NCBI GenBank assembly: GCA_905178155.1
Contig: CAJINV010000015.1
Location: 1,878,571-1,942,570, forward strand
Direction of reading: 5' to 3'
Length of the DNA: 64,000 nucleotides
Source of the DNA: Amoebophrya sp. A120
Lineage: Eukaryota; Protista; Dinoflagellata
Shown here: positions 11,501 through 24,308 of the stretch, piece after piece
How positions within the stretch are numbered: the stretch's first letter is position 1
How the letters are laid out: every line of letters begins with the position of its first letter
The notes under the pieces: generated by a model
The model's database searches: none
What the model was told of the DNA's origin: nothing
What the model saw: only the letters and a program-made list of their open reading frames with translations
Position numbers and translations under genes: made by a program

Positions 11501-14500
11501 GCTACACTTGTGGCATTGCTTCTGTTGCTGCTCATGCTATATAAATGAGGGGGAGGGCAAGTTGTGCACTCTCATAGATTCGTTCGGTGCTACACAAACA
11601 GCAGAAATTTATCGTTGAGCAGGAAAGCGAAACGTTTGGAAAGGAGCAGCACGCCCTGCTCGGCTGCGCCCACCACTGCAGCGAATCCGAATTGCAATTC
11701 TTTGCAGACGATTTGCCCGGGTTTGTGGTCTTCGTACTGACGTTGGCGAAAGTGGTCGAGGTGGAGCGGGTTTTGCTGCAGTTACGAAGGGAGGAAAGGG
11801 AGCTACTGGAGGAAGAGGAAGATGAATACGAGGAAGATCATGATCCGGAGATGGACGCTGCCAGCGGCCTTTTGGAAATCGCCGAGAAGGTGAGGAAAAA
11901 AATCCGCAGTGACAATTGGAAAAAGGGGCTGAAGACAAAACTGCTGGAGCGTCTGGAAACGATCTCGGCGAAAGATCTTTTGGTCGTTGGTGGAGGTTCA
12001 TCATCGTCGGCGTCAGTCAGCAAGAGATGCAATATCACTGTCAACTTATCGAAAAGCCCCTACATGTTGATCTTTCTCTCTCGTCTCGTCAAATCCACCC
12101 AGGGCTGCAACGTCGATCTGTTCGGTATGGCGTTCTCAAACGTTACATTCTCAGCTGTTACATGATCTGTCATGCAAGAACAGCAATAGTGAAAGAGGCA
12201 AGATTGCAGCTTTCGCATTACAGACTTTCCACAGATTATCATGCTGCTTAGCCCTTCGAAAATTTGTCACGCTAAGCACCTTGATCAAGTGGAGGCTGAT
12301 GGCAATCTTGCATGACAAATCCGTGTAACAGTTGAGAATGTAACAGTTGAGAGCGCCATACTCGGTTTGTTTTCAGAAATCGACCGGATTTGTGGAGAGA
12401 AACTCGATAAGGAATCCGACCGGGACATGGCAGAGTACGAACATGGAAAGGACCTGCAAATCCTCCTGGCTGTTTTGGCGGAGAAAAAAGCGGAGGCGGA
12501 GCGGAAGAAGCAGGAAGATGAGCTTCTTCGGTCTCTCCGGTCTGACGTGCAGCAGGCTGTGCAGCAAGCCGTCGCAGTGGATGGTCCGCGAAATAAACTT
12601 AAACTACACAGTCGCACTATGGATGAACGGGAAACGGGCGCGAGTGTTGTCGTGATCGGTGGCCGCGACCTGGCCATGGATGACAACTTCGGGGGACTGG
12701 GGGTGCGAGACAATCAAAGAAATTGCGCAACGCCACACAGCCACATGATGAACAATGACAGCCCCTATAGTTGTGCAGGTGTTCAAGATCATATGGTGTC
12801 TGGAAACTACGCTCGTCGCGCGGGTGCGCAAGTCCAGCTGGGAGACCAAAGCTTCGTCGTATTTTCGCCTCGCCCAACGTCTTCGCGAGACGTTTCCGTC
12901 GGGTCTACTTCGCGCCGCGATAGCCACCGAAACAAGCACATTGGCGCGAGGAGAGAGATTTTTGGCGGGCAGGAGGAAAGTGCAGGGCCAGATGATCTCC
13001 CTTCTAGTTCTAAGCATAACCTCCGGGTGGAACAGCAGCTACAGCTACTATCCCCGACAGCATCCGACTCCGACAGCAGTTTTTTACCGGTGTCGAAGGA
13101 GAAGGGGCGTTTAGGACGAGACAGAAAGACGGCACAACTCCGAGGACACGACTATCCACAGTAAATTTCCCGTACACGTACAAATGCAGTCTCTGCATGA
13201 CATAACTCGCCTTCAATCCTAGTCCAGCATGACAAGTTGGACTCTGCAAGGTAGCGAAATTTGTCATGCATTTTGTGCGTGTACAGGAAATTTACATTGC
13301 ATAACGACAATAACAATTCTTCTGGGCGAAGGTTACGCCAACATCGCGCAGAGCTGTACTCCAATCCCAGCGACGCTTGCTCGGACGGGGATGGTGGAGG
13401 TTTTTTCAACGACGCAAGTAGTCTTGACGAGGAGAAAGATCGTTCGCGTTCCCGAGATAACAGGATAAGAGCCGGACAAGTCAACAATAAAGGGTCGCTT
13501 TCTGGCACGAGGCGGAGAAGCGCAAGCTCGTTAGATGGTCGGAGCTCTTCGTCCTGCGAGGACCACGACAACAGACCAGCTTCGCCAGAGAGTAAATCTC
13601 GCGGAGTTTTTAGGTTTCTGCATCAGCACCTGCTCGACGAAATAAAAGACGAACAGAAAAAGAGAAGCTGTAGAAACAACAAGAAACGGACCAACGGCGC
13701 GGCTGCGGACGAGCAGGATGTGGATGCCAATTTAGCGCCGAAAAATAGAGATACACCTCTTCCGAGCACGCCTCCTAAGGACAAGAGTACTGCTCAACAA
13801 GATGAAGAGCAGCCAAGTACATCATCGCGATCGCCGGATATTAATCACGACAAAGCAGATGTCGTGTCTAGCTCGCCCAATAATTTGCAGAAGGTTCTTG
13901 ATCGGGCCCTTCTTTCGGCATCATCTCGTCTGGACGAGAGACGCGACGACGAGCAGCCCATCTCGGAGTCGGAGCTGAGGTTTGAAAATAAAAAGTCCAA
14001 GAAAAAAGAGGGTGAACAGTCGGTAGATCATACTCGGCACGAGGACACTGAGCGACGTATAATCCCCGCAGTGGACTACAAAAACCGAGTGGCGGGGTCG
14101 TGTGGAGACGTGTCAGAAGACAAAGAAGGCCAGAGCCAGAGCGGGTCCCGTAATATCGTGCATGCAGCTCTAGATAAGGATGACGCGGCTCGCATCACGG
14201 CAACAACTGCAGTTCCGTCACCGACACTGGACGAAAATAAGTTCCACGAGGCAGCGGACGATTTTATTTCAGCGAATGGGAATGCACTTCCACATGCGGC
14301 CTCCTGTGCTCGGCAGACCGAATATCAAGTCTCTGCAGAAGCACAAGGCGACGATGCGAAATCTTCGAATGGTGCATCGCCCCAAACTGCAAGAAGGGAG
14401 TGTAGCCGACCCGAGTCTCCTTTCGTGTGTAGTAAAACTCGTCGAAAAAAAGGAATTCCTTTTTGCCGATCGCCGCCCGGGCTGGGAAGTAGTAGTGCAC

Positions 14501-16467
14501 AAGACGAGACGCTGCGATCGCTCGAGGTCAAGGAGGAGGATTGTCGTGAAGATGTGCGTGACACGCTCGTAAGTGTGACTGCCTCGTCTACCGATCGAAG
14601 AAAAACATCACATCATCGACGAGAAGTTGCACAACCTTCAATGTCGGACGGTGCGAGTAGAAGTAGTTCTACTTCATCTTCCTCTTCTTCTCCCCGGCGG
14701 CCGAAAGGAGATCAAGACGCGGTTGCAGGTGAGTCACCTATTACAACTTCGAGGTCGTCAACATCGTCACCCATTGTACCGGTGCGCCGATCTTCTTCTT
14801 CAGGCATAATTCGCGCTAAGACTACTGAAGCCAGAAAAAAGATCCGAAAGACAGAGAAAAAGCCAGCAGCCTCTTCCCCCGGCTCCCTCAGCAGTGAACA
14901 GCCATCCCTGCGGTACCGTGGCCCCTCTGCGCTAGTGTCGCGTCGCGGTCCGCATGCTCGTCCTTCTTGGCGCCCAGGTTCCACTCCGCCTGACATTAGA
15001 GTAGAACGGCGCAGACGGCTGTTGGCGGACGCGCAGGCTGTGCTTGACACGACTCCGCCCTCGGATCCGCGCCACGAAGCGTCGCTAATCGTGACTACGG
15101 AAAAATCTTCAGAAGAGTCGAGCGGGACGACGAGCAGGAGCTCTACATCTACTACTTCTTTTTCCAGCGATGAGGATAACCATGAGCAGGCCGCTAGAAG
15201 GCGGAGCAAAAGTCGTGGCGCAGACCATGACGCAGCTTCTACATCATCTTCTAGCACGACCAGCAGCAGCGGCTCGCGCGGTTGCTCGGTTGTAAGAAGC
15301 ACGAGCAAGATTGCAAAGAAGCCGTCTGCCACGTCACGACGTGACCAACAACCACATCACGATGTTGTGCAAGAACGCCGAGGAGGACCAAGAAACGACT
15401 TCAACAACCACAGAAATCTTCAAGAAGCGTCATTGTCTGCTGGTGGTGCTGTCGCTGCCAACAGTTCCGCGGCGGGGGCCGCGGAGATGGGCTTGAGAAA
15501 TTTCGAGGACCGCTTCGATCGCGGCACTAGGCATGACGTCGGCAGGTGCCAACCCATTCAGGTTCAGCCTGAGGTGTGGCGGACGCGGGACCGGCTGAAG
15601 ATGCGAACGGGCCAACCCGAGCAGCACCGGGGCCAGCAGCAACTACCCGCGCCAGCAGAGGAAGGCATCTACGGGAGCATCGGCAATCGCGAGCGCCCAG
15701 TGTATTGGGATCCCTACAGACCAGGGGGGACGCAAGAAACAGCAGAGCAGAACGACAGACAGCTTCGGAAATTTTTAGACAAGAAAGGCCGACAGAGAGC
15801 AAATTGTCCCCGTCCTACGATTCAGCCGGTGCCCGTTCGGGTCATGTCGGGTCTCGGGGTTCAGCAGGCGTATGATTATTTCCGTGGGAGCCGCATGGAC
15901 ATGCCGGCAGCGAGGATAGCAACGAAGTACGTCGCGCCCTCGGGGCCTCGCGCTGTTGCTCGATCTCGCCCAGCTGCGCCAGATGTCAGAGCGGGCGGCC
16001 CTTCCCCTACCAGCAGGAGAGGCGTTCGCGTTGGACCCCCATCCAGGATGAAGAGTAAGCAAGGGAAGACGCGCACTTTTTCGCCGGGGCGCAACCGGAA
16101 CCACGCAACTGCGGACGAGCAACGCAACGGGAGCCGAAAGCAGGACCGTCACACTCAGCGGGTCGCCGCGCAGAGGAACCACGCGGCTGTCGCACGCCGG
16201 CAGGACGGAAGGAGTAGCACAAATCAGAGAAATTATGCGAGGCACAGCCCATCTCGTTCACCTCCGTTAGAGGTGGCCCATCAGCAGCACCGGAGCCAGG
16301 ACCCGCGAGAGCAGCGTATTCTACACACCATCACGCCGCGACCGGGCCGACCCGGTAGGCTTAATTTCGAGAAGGCTATGACACTGCCAACAATGTCAAA
16401 AGCCTGCATTGTTCTCAGTTTTTTTTTCCGGGCTCGCTGCAGCTTTTGCTATAGTTTTAGAATTTGA
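8573..16467 (+). CDS. Very large, mostly low-complexity Ser/Arg-rich hypothetical protein (3' end uncertain)
   Basis: ORFs 8573, 9306, 10254, 11587, 12367 and 13261 join in frame via GT-AG introns (~8869-8986, 10149-10361) and four introners (11128, 11354, 12126, 13153). Confidence 0.65.
11128..11285. mobile_element. Introner family B
   Basis: Family B TIR; degenerate DR ATCAA/GTCCA; frame restored. Confidence 0.85.
11354..11576. mobile_element. Introner family E
   Basis: TIR with GTGCACAACT…CCCCTCATTT; DR GGTTC/GATTC. Confidence 0.9.
12126..12360. mobile_element. Introner family F
   Basis: TATGGCGTTCTCA…TGAGAGCGCCATA; DR TTCGG/CTCGG. Confidence 0.9.
13153..13303. mobile_element. Introner family C
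   Basis: Family C ends; DR ACGAC/ACGAC. Confidence 0.95.
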
Positions 16468-16932
16468 TCAAAGCAGCTTCTGCTATGTCAGCTTTTGATG
16501 CTATATTTTTTTGAGAGTCTTTGCTTTGACATTGTTGGCAGCGCCATTATACCGACCGCGATGCAGCAGGTTTGGCTGATATCCATGGAAAATAAGAATC
16601 TAAACTGCGCTATCGTGCACGAATCAGACTCTGATGATATGATGAACTATGATTCGTCTTCGCTTGTTCTCACGCAAGATGTAGATGCTATGCGCCACTA
16701 TTCTCATGGCAACCACATTCTTGATGGCACTCGTACCATTATATGATCCGTTTTTACACAATTTCCGATTCATCCGTGCGGAATTTCTATGAAATTGGCA
16801 GGAGCAGGTGCAGCCAGGAATGAGTAAACAAATTTGCCACGGTATTGCTCATTACTTCAGTGCAGTTTTGTTCCAGGATAGCTTGCCTCCCAGCCGAAGA
16901 GCCCTGGGATACCGAGCCAGATTTGCGACCAC

Positions 16933-18164
16933 TTGCACTGTTTTCAAGCGGACTCCAGGGGCAGGCACCATCGCATTCCCTATTACGAACCCATAGTAGA
17001 CACTGGAAGCGGCGCCGGGATGTTCTGCATGTTGTGCGACAAGATTGCCGATAGTGCTCACTGCCAGTCGGAGGCGCACCTGAAAAAAGCCGAAGTATTC
17101 GAGATGATGCACGAAGCCGACCGGGCAAAGCGATCGAAGTTGCTGCTCCCCTACCCGGAGGCGCCGTGGGTGATGTACAAGGTTCACCGCAACGGGTATT
17201 GCTTTCTGAAAGACGAAGCGGACTGGTGGCCTTATTGTTTGTTGTGCGCTGGTATCCTGTGCAAACAAGCATCGCACTCGGGTACGTGGGCTGCTACCTT
17301 GCATATGCATGACAGATTGCCGCATGACAAGCGCAAGCTATTTGTTGCTTAGTACTTCTTTGCTGGGATGAATTCAAACTGGGTTGTAATGCGTTCTATA
17401 CTAGTGCGATACTTGTTTTGCGAAACTTCATACGGGAGAACGGGGGGCACGATATCACGCGGAACTATGAATGCCGCTGGTCCTTTCCGCTCGACAAGGA
17501 CACCCCGCACATCTGCGGCCCGGTCGGGGCTGGAAAAAACAACAAGTCGCAGGGCCGCTGGCATGCGGAGTTTGTCCGTGAGTATTGGGCCAAGCCGGCA
17601 AAGCGGCGGGAGGTGGAGAGCCAGCGGAAAAGGATCTACGAAGCGGACAAGGAGTATTACAACTACCGCTGCTGGGAGGCAGGCAGCACGCGGGGCGCGA
17701 TTGTGCGGCGGGCGGGGCACAAGTTGATGGATTGCGGAAAGGACGAAGATGAGGACTGGTTGTCGGGGGAGGAGGAAGATCCGAGGAAGGAGGTTTTCAG
17801 ACAGAAAGAAAAGGAGCGAGAAATAGAATACGTGGAGCAGGACAGCAGCCCCCTCAGCAGCGCGCCGGCAGATCACGCGCATAGCTACAGGGGCGGACGA
17901 GGAGACGCAAGGCGGGGCAGAAACTTCTATCACCGACGAGCGGGCAGGCGAGCGGACGAGGCTACGTCTTGGCGGAACTACGTGGCCAGCCGTCGAGGCA
18001 GTCATGTCGAGAGCATTACGTCATCGGCTGCGCAAGTAGATTTCTCCTCGTTTATCAGAAGTGCAACTGATGTGACAACTGACTCCGCGTCCGCCATCAG
18101 GTTTTTTTTTTTGTTTTGTGAAAAAGTAAAAGAAAAACGCATGCACAGCATGAATATAAATTAG
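16933..18164 (+). CDS. Zinc-finger-containing hypothetical protein (boundaries uncertain; may continue the upstream gene)
   Basis: CMLCDKIADSAHCQSEAH and YCLLC motifs. ORFs 16933 and 17418 join in frame on removing 185 nt (degenerate introner 17253-17432 plus 5 nt). Confidence 0.55.
17253..17432. mobile_element. Introner family B, degenerate
   Basis: TATCCTGTGCAAACAAGCATCG…CGATACTTGTTTTGC…TTCATA; DR eroded (GCTGG/CGGGA) but element+5 restores frame. Confidence 0.7.
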
Positions 18165-19719
18165 TTTTCAGTGCGTCGCCCCCGTCGCGTAGACTGTATA
18201 GCTTTTTTCGACGGGCTGACGCGAGTCTTGCTGCTTTGAAAACTCAAGCACATTCTTCGCATGCACACACTTCAAAGCGATTTTTGTTTTTGTACACGAG
18301 GTCCTCGCTGCTTTGCATGACAAAATGGGAGCGAGGGGTCACTTGTTGCACTTTGTGTAGTTGCATACCTCCCGACCCGACAACCTCCGACTCGGAAGAG
18401 AGCGACCAAGATCCACGCGCACCATGGAGGCAAGGCGGTAGATGGTATCCGCTGGAAATTTGCTGCACAGGATGCTGACGCACAAATTAGAACCGCCTTG
18501 CATGACACAACCAGCGATCTAGGTGTAGTGGGCCTACTTACGAAGTTCTTGCAGCATAGCCATGTGCTTTTTCTGTGCGTCCTCGTGTCGTGGGGTGCTA
18601 CACTTTTCCAACTGCATAGAGGGGGGAAAGCAGGCCGTGGTGGAGTCACACCAGGAGAAGCGGGAACTACAGGCACTACTAGCCTGCCCGCCCCGGCGAA
18701 GGGCAAGGGTAAGGGAGAAGAGCTGGCTGCTGCCATGCGGGCGGAAGTAGTAACTACTGGGAATTCCAAGCAGTAAGTAGTGGAAAAAGCCATCCTGCTA
18801 CGACGGGACGGCCGAGGACTTACGGCTGACGTGCTAATATTCTTCCGGAAGGTTGCAGCGAAATCAAAATGGAATTTGAGGAGCAAGAGTCACAATTAGT
18901 ATCGTAAATAGTATCTTCAGTTGCATGCACTTCTACTACTTCTATCGCGCAATCGCAATGTCACAGTACTCGTCGCAAAATACGTCCACTCGCAATTTTG
19001 GTTGAATCCCATTCGCTTTTTTGAAGAAAACAATCCGCTTCCGGCACGAAAAAGGAACAAACGCTTGAGCAAGAAGATGACTGGGTATCATGAGCACGAT
19101 CGCCTTGGTGTTGATCATGATCTTCTGACTCAGTAGATTTTCTACTTGGATGAAACAGCTCCAGCTTCACAAACGGCATGGATTCTCGCCTCGCCTTCGG
19201 TAACTGAGCATGCGTTCTTTCTGTCGGTTTCCTTCACTAGGAACAAATACAAAGGTGAAGACCGTTTTTCCCCACTACATCAGCTTCTGCATCTCCATCT
19301 CCCGTTATTGCTTCGTGCATGAGCGATGACGCAGATTGTACTTCGCAACAGCTGTGAAGAGTGCATCATGGAAACACAAACTAAGTACTTACACAGCGGA
19401 CAATTAGGAGAGAGCGCTGTCTGACGAAGACGAGTTGTGAAGTTCTAACTTTTCTTCGTAGAGCTCCAGCATCGTCGATTGTCTGGTTTCGTGCTAGTAC
19501 TCGCAGGGCAGTGATAATGAATCAGTGCCCGTACCAGGCTCAGACCCTACATGATGTTACGCAAGCCGTATTTTACAGTTATCAGAATCAGTATGAAGAC
19601 GCTCGAAACAGTTTCTGCTGGATTGACTCCTACTTATTTATCATGAAACACTACCAGTAGAAGTCCCGCCTGCACATCCTAGAATTCACGAGCTGTTCCG
19701 AAAAAGAACAAAAAGCAAG

Positions 19720-20109
19720 ATGGCGGTAGAGGATGTTTCAGCCCAGCCGAGCCATTTGGAGCATGGCGAAAGGGCGGGCCAGCCAGGTCAGCCTACCAGG
19801 AGAAGTTCGGGTCGCAGTCATGATCATGGTTCAGCTGCGTTAGGAGCAGTGCTAGCAAAGCAGGATCACCACGCATCAACGACCCCAGTCGGTGGAACTA
19901 CAGGTGGCGAGCCGACGCAGCTTCAAGAAGAGATTGCAGCCGCAGGAGGAGCGAGCAGTGACCAGCTTCTAGATGACGCAAGTACAACCGCAGCAAATAA
20001 GTCGCAGGAACTTTTTTCCAGCCAGCATCAGCGGGGTGTGTACCTGATGGGCCAGCTGCTGAGCGTCGGGATCGCGCTGACGACCGGAATGGTGGTGGTT
20101 GTGGTGTAG
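19720..20109 (+). CDS. Small hypothetical protein with hydrophobic C-terminus
   Basis: ATG-initiated 129-aa ORF on the block strand ending LLSVGIALTTGMVVVVV. Confidence 0.4.
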   Translation: MAVEDVSAQPSHLEHGERAGQPGQPTRRSSGRSHDHGSAALGAVLAKQDHHASTTPVGGTTGGEPTQLQEEIAAAGGASSDQLLDDASTTAANKSQELFSSQHQRGVYLMGQLLSVGIALTTGMVVVVV

Positions 20110-20842
20110 TAGAGCTGCGAAGGTTGATGAATCCGCCTGTGGTGCCATCGTGTAACAAAACCAAGAAGAGAGTCTCCTCGCTGCAGCTTTCACAACTCCT
20201 CGTTCCTCGTACCGGCACCGAACTAGTATGAAGTAACACGTAAATCGAGAAGGGTCAAGAATCTTTATTCTTTCAGCAGGCCAATGAAGCGCTGACGCTG
20301 AGACAGACGTACGAATAGATAAAGAAGAACTCAGGTCATTTCACTGTAGAACATTCCTTGCTCAGTTTCACCATCGCTGATAACAAACAACTTTTGACAG
20401 AGTACAGTAGGACAGAACTGTTGATATACGCAAATTGCTTTGCATTCACAGAGAAACTTATCACGTGTGTTGACTCGTTCGTTCCGTTCGCTTTGTTTCG
20501 AAATTTCATCGCAGCCTGCAGAGCTTGTCTTGTGCTTCTGACCTTGTAGCAGCCGGTGGCTCGAGGAAAAATGCGACATAAAGATGTTCAACAATTTCTG
20601 TGTCGCTCCGCAAAAACGAAGTGGTGCTTTCAGCCAAGTTTTGAAGTTGAAGGCAAGCAGGATCAACCCTTCGGAGGGAGTCGAGGGCAGCCTGGCTGCT
20701 CAATAATAGAATTCTTTGTAGTTCTTAACAACGGGAACGGAATCAATTTGAAAACGACTGCGTAAAAAGACTGTAAAGAGAGGTAGCCACAGTGACAGTT
20801 CGAGGTGGACCGCCAGTTTTTTTTTTCACGCGGCAGGTCGAA

Positions 20843-23800
20843 ATGAAGATCATGAAGATGCTGTCAGACGTCCATCGGTTGTGCTTGCTGGTCTTTACGA
20901 CCTCTACACTGTTTACCCCTAAAATCTTTCCATCGCTGCTCCTACCTTGTTCCGCGCACAAGCTCACCACGAAGAAAGCAGTCGCCGCGTCCCACTATGG
21001 CACCAGCATCGCTCGATCACGCTCTATTTCAGGCGGTTCATCCCCCGGGTCGTCGATTCAATTGCCACGTGCAGCGGTGACACCGAGTCTGAGCAAATCC
21101 GCTGTGATCTCACCGTCAGCGCCAACTGCTCCATCTCCGTGCCAATTACTCGCGAAATCCTGTCAGAAATGTGTGATGAAGAAGTGCACAGACAACGCGG
21201 CGTGCTGCATCGGCTCTCTCACCACCATGATTGCGAAGACGGCGGGGCTGAAGGCTTTGGATCTGTACACCTACGATGGGGGCAGGGGAGAGTTTTATAG
21301 CAGTGCCGGAGCCACCTCTACTGCTTCCGGGCTTTTCGGTGGTGGAGGATCCTCTTCTACGCCCTTTCTCGTCACTCAACGGAAGCAAACGGTTCTGCAA
21401 ACCATCGAGGAGAAATCCCGTTTGCTTGAGACGGAGCTGTGTCGGTACGAAAACGCGTTTCGCAATCTGTTCAATTCGAAGAAGGTTTATGGGCAGTTTG
21501 CCGGACAGAAAGCGGATATGGTGGCGAAGTTATTTGGCTTTGAAGAGGTGAACTACTCTGCTGTGAAATGGCCGATAGAGAAGAAAACAACTACTTCTGA
21601 CGCAAGGACCACAGCGAGCATGGAAAATAATCCGAATCACAATCCGTTTCTGAAATTCATCCCAGACTGGTCATATCCTCTCGAAGAAGAATCCCGCGGG
21701 GTTTTCATCGCCCTCCTCCGTGCAATGAGCACCAATAATTACATCATGGAAGACGTGCTGCCTTCGGAAACTGTGTGGCAGGAACGAGCAATGATAGACG
21801 AGGAGGAAGCTGTTTCCTCGCCGAGGGTGAGCCAAGAGGTGTTGGACAACAAGGTCAAGGATGCGAGAGCAGAGCAGGAGTTCCTCCGTGGGCAGCGGCT
21901 CCAGACGGATCTGGAAGAGATTTTTGCAGATACGAATTTCGTGCCGCTGTCGAAACGCCGGAGTGCAAGCACGCCGACTTTTGCTCCTACAGCGACGAAC
22001 AACTCAAATGGTGGGGGTAGTTCTGCAGGAGCTAATGCGTTGTCCGCGCCAAAAACGACTACAACTGGAGAAATTTCTGACGCAGCAGTACTAGCTGGCG
22101 CTGCACCACCGCGCCAACCGTCTCTGCGGAAAAGCACCAGCAGAGTGGCGATGACCAAATTGCGAGATTTGGATTTGCAAGTGGACGACGGGACGAAGCT
22201 GCACCTCTCTTCAACAATTACAAACCAGGAAAACGCAGCCGATGTCTTCCTCCAACACAAGAAAATCAGCATCGCGCCACTTCCCCTCCCCTCCTCCCCG
22301 AGGCCAAGCGAATACGCGGGAGACGAGCCGTTGTTATTTCATATCCAGGAAAAAACACCCATCCCCATCCAATTTGTCATGCAAAACATGCATAAAATCC
22401 AATATTTGTCATGCCAAAAATGGATGGGGATGGGTGTTTTTTCCTGGATATTTCAGTTCCACTTGCCAGCGGCTTTACCGCAGATTCTGTTCGGCTTTGA
22501 AGAGGCGGCTTTAGGGATTGTGAAGAGGAGAAGGAAGTACAACAGCAGCGAGCGAGATAGTACAACATATCAAGCAAAAAAGTGTTAACGTTAACGGTTT
22601 TCACAGATGGCAGTTATGCATTACAAATTTTGCCTTCCATGCATGCTACGCAACACAAATCTGGCCAACTTTTCTGTTGCGTTACTGCATCACAAATTCC
22701 GTTCACGTTAACACTTTTTGTTGTGATACAACAAGCAGTGCTGACACAAACTGTCGCGAAGAAGTAGACGATGCATCAACCACTGGCTGCACCCCGTACG
22801 CGTGTTCTCCCCACTACGATTTCGAACGCGAAGGGTCTAACGCATTACCTGTGCAGCCACGCGGCATCGTAAATTCAGGTATGGTATATCATACACGAGA
22901 AAACACAGTTTTGCGACTACCCTCCACCACCGCGCAACTACAACACCAACCACCGGAAATCGTGAAACGCCCCAGAAGAAGTTTCTGGTCCAGGTGTTGT
23001 GGGAAACGAGGCCTTACTAAGAACGCAGGAGGGGCCAGGATGATGGCACCGTACCAGCAAGATCATTACGACGGGGGCCTATCGGATATTGAGAGCGGTT
23101 TGCTCGAAAAAGAAAAAGAAGAAGACAAAGTTCTTGATAACGAGTATGCAGCAGCCAGCATGCAGAACTGCGACACCATGAGCACGGTGAGCACCAGGAC
23201 TCCTTCCAGTAGCGCCGACAGCAGTTACAACTGTGGCCAATCAGCTGCTCGCTCCATGGCCATGCCTGCGAATCAGGAGGTGTATGATCAGGCGAAGATG
23301 TTGACTTCAGCTTCACAGTACAACGCAGGCAGAGGACGAACGCGCACAGCAAAACCTGCCTCCTCGTCTTCTCGCCTCGCAGCCCTTTCAAAATCCACCG
23401 AGTGCTGGCGTAAGCTGTTTTTCCTGAACCAGTGCGCCGGGCGAGGCTCATCAGGTAGTTCCAAAAAGAGGAGAAACAATCAACAGCCGCTTGGGAACTT
23501 TCTCCCATCTTCCGACCGAGGGCAGCCCATGTACCCTAGAGGGCACCAAACTTCCTGCTCGTCCCCAGATGAGGACGATTTTGATTTCGCGTGCTACGAG
23601 GACCAGTACTACTGCAACAATTTTTCTTCGGAGGATGATGAAGATCATAGCGATCATTGTTCCAACGAGGATGGAACAGATACCGAAGGGGGCTGCTCCT
23701 ACAATCAGATTTCGGAAGAAAACCTGATCGCCTACCGCACGACCCAGGAGCTCCTCCTCATTTCCCTGCTACAAGCGTTAAAGCCGCTGACGAAACGGTT

Positions 23801-24308
23801 TGGGTTTATGCTGCGTGCGGTGGAGATATGAGAGTGCATAACCCCCGCTCCCCCTCATTTCCATCTGTATGGCATGAACAGCAACAAAAACACCGCCACA
23901 CGTGGAGCCTGTGCATGACAAATTTATGTGCCTGACGTAGTACTGTTTAGACTTCCGGAATTTGTCATGCAAGCAGTGCCACAGGACAGCAACTGGATTT
24001 GGGGTTTTGCATGACAAATGAGGGGGAGTGGGAGTTGTGCACTGTGATAGGAGAAATGGGTAGAGTTTGAGGACACGGAGATTTTTGACGAAAAGCAGCT
24101 CCACTACGAGCGCATTTTCCACCAGTCAGACGCGATCCGGATGCTGCTACAGGAAATCGTCGGGGGGGAGAAGATTCCGAAAAAACCCTTTTCGTCGACC
24201 TACGGGCCGGGCGGGGGAGGAGTGATGTTTACGGCTGACGAGCTACGGGGTGAGAAGAGTAAAACGCCGGTCGGGGGAGGGAGTCTGCGCAAGGCGGTGG
24301 CGCTTTGA
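20843..24308 (+). CDS. Hypothetical protein with possible N-terminal signal sequence
   Basis: ORFs 20792 and 22677 and final exon (…RAVEKWVEFEDTEIF…RKAVAL*) join in frame after removing introners 22342, 22568 and 23827. Confidence 0.7.
22342..22450. mobile_element. Introner family A (opposite orientation to 2343 copy)
   Basis: Perfect 30-bp TIR; DR TTTCA/TTTCA. Confidence 0.95.
22568..22728. mobile_element. Introner family G
   Basis: TATCAAGCAAAAAAGTGTTAACG…CGTTAACACTTTTTGTTGTGATA; DR CAACA/CAACA. Confidence 0.95.
23827..24049. mobile_element. Introner family E
   Basis: TATGAGAGTGCA…TGCACTGTGATA; DR GGAGA/GGAGA. Confidence 0.95.
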
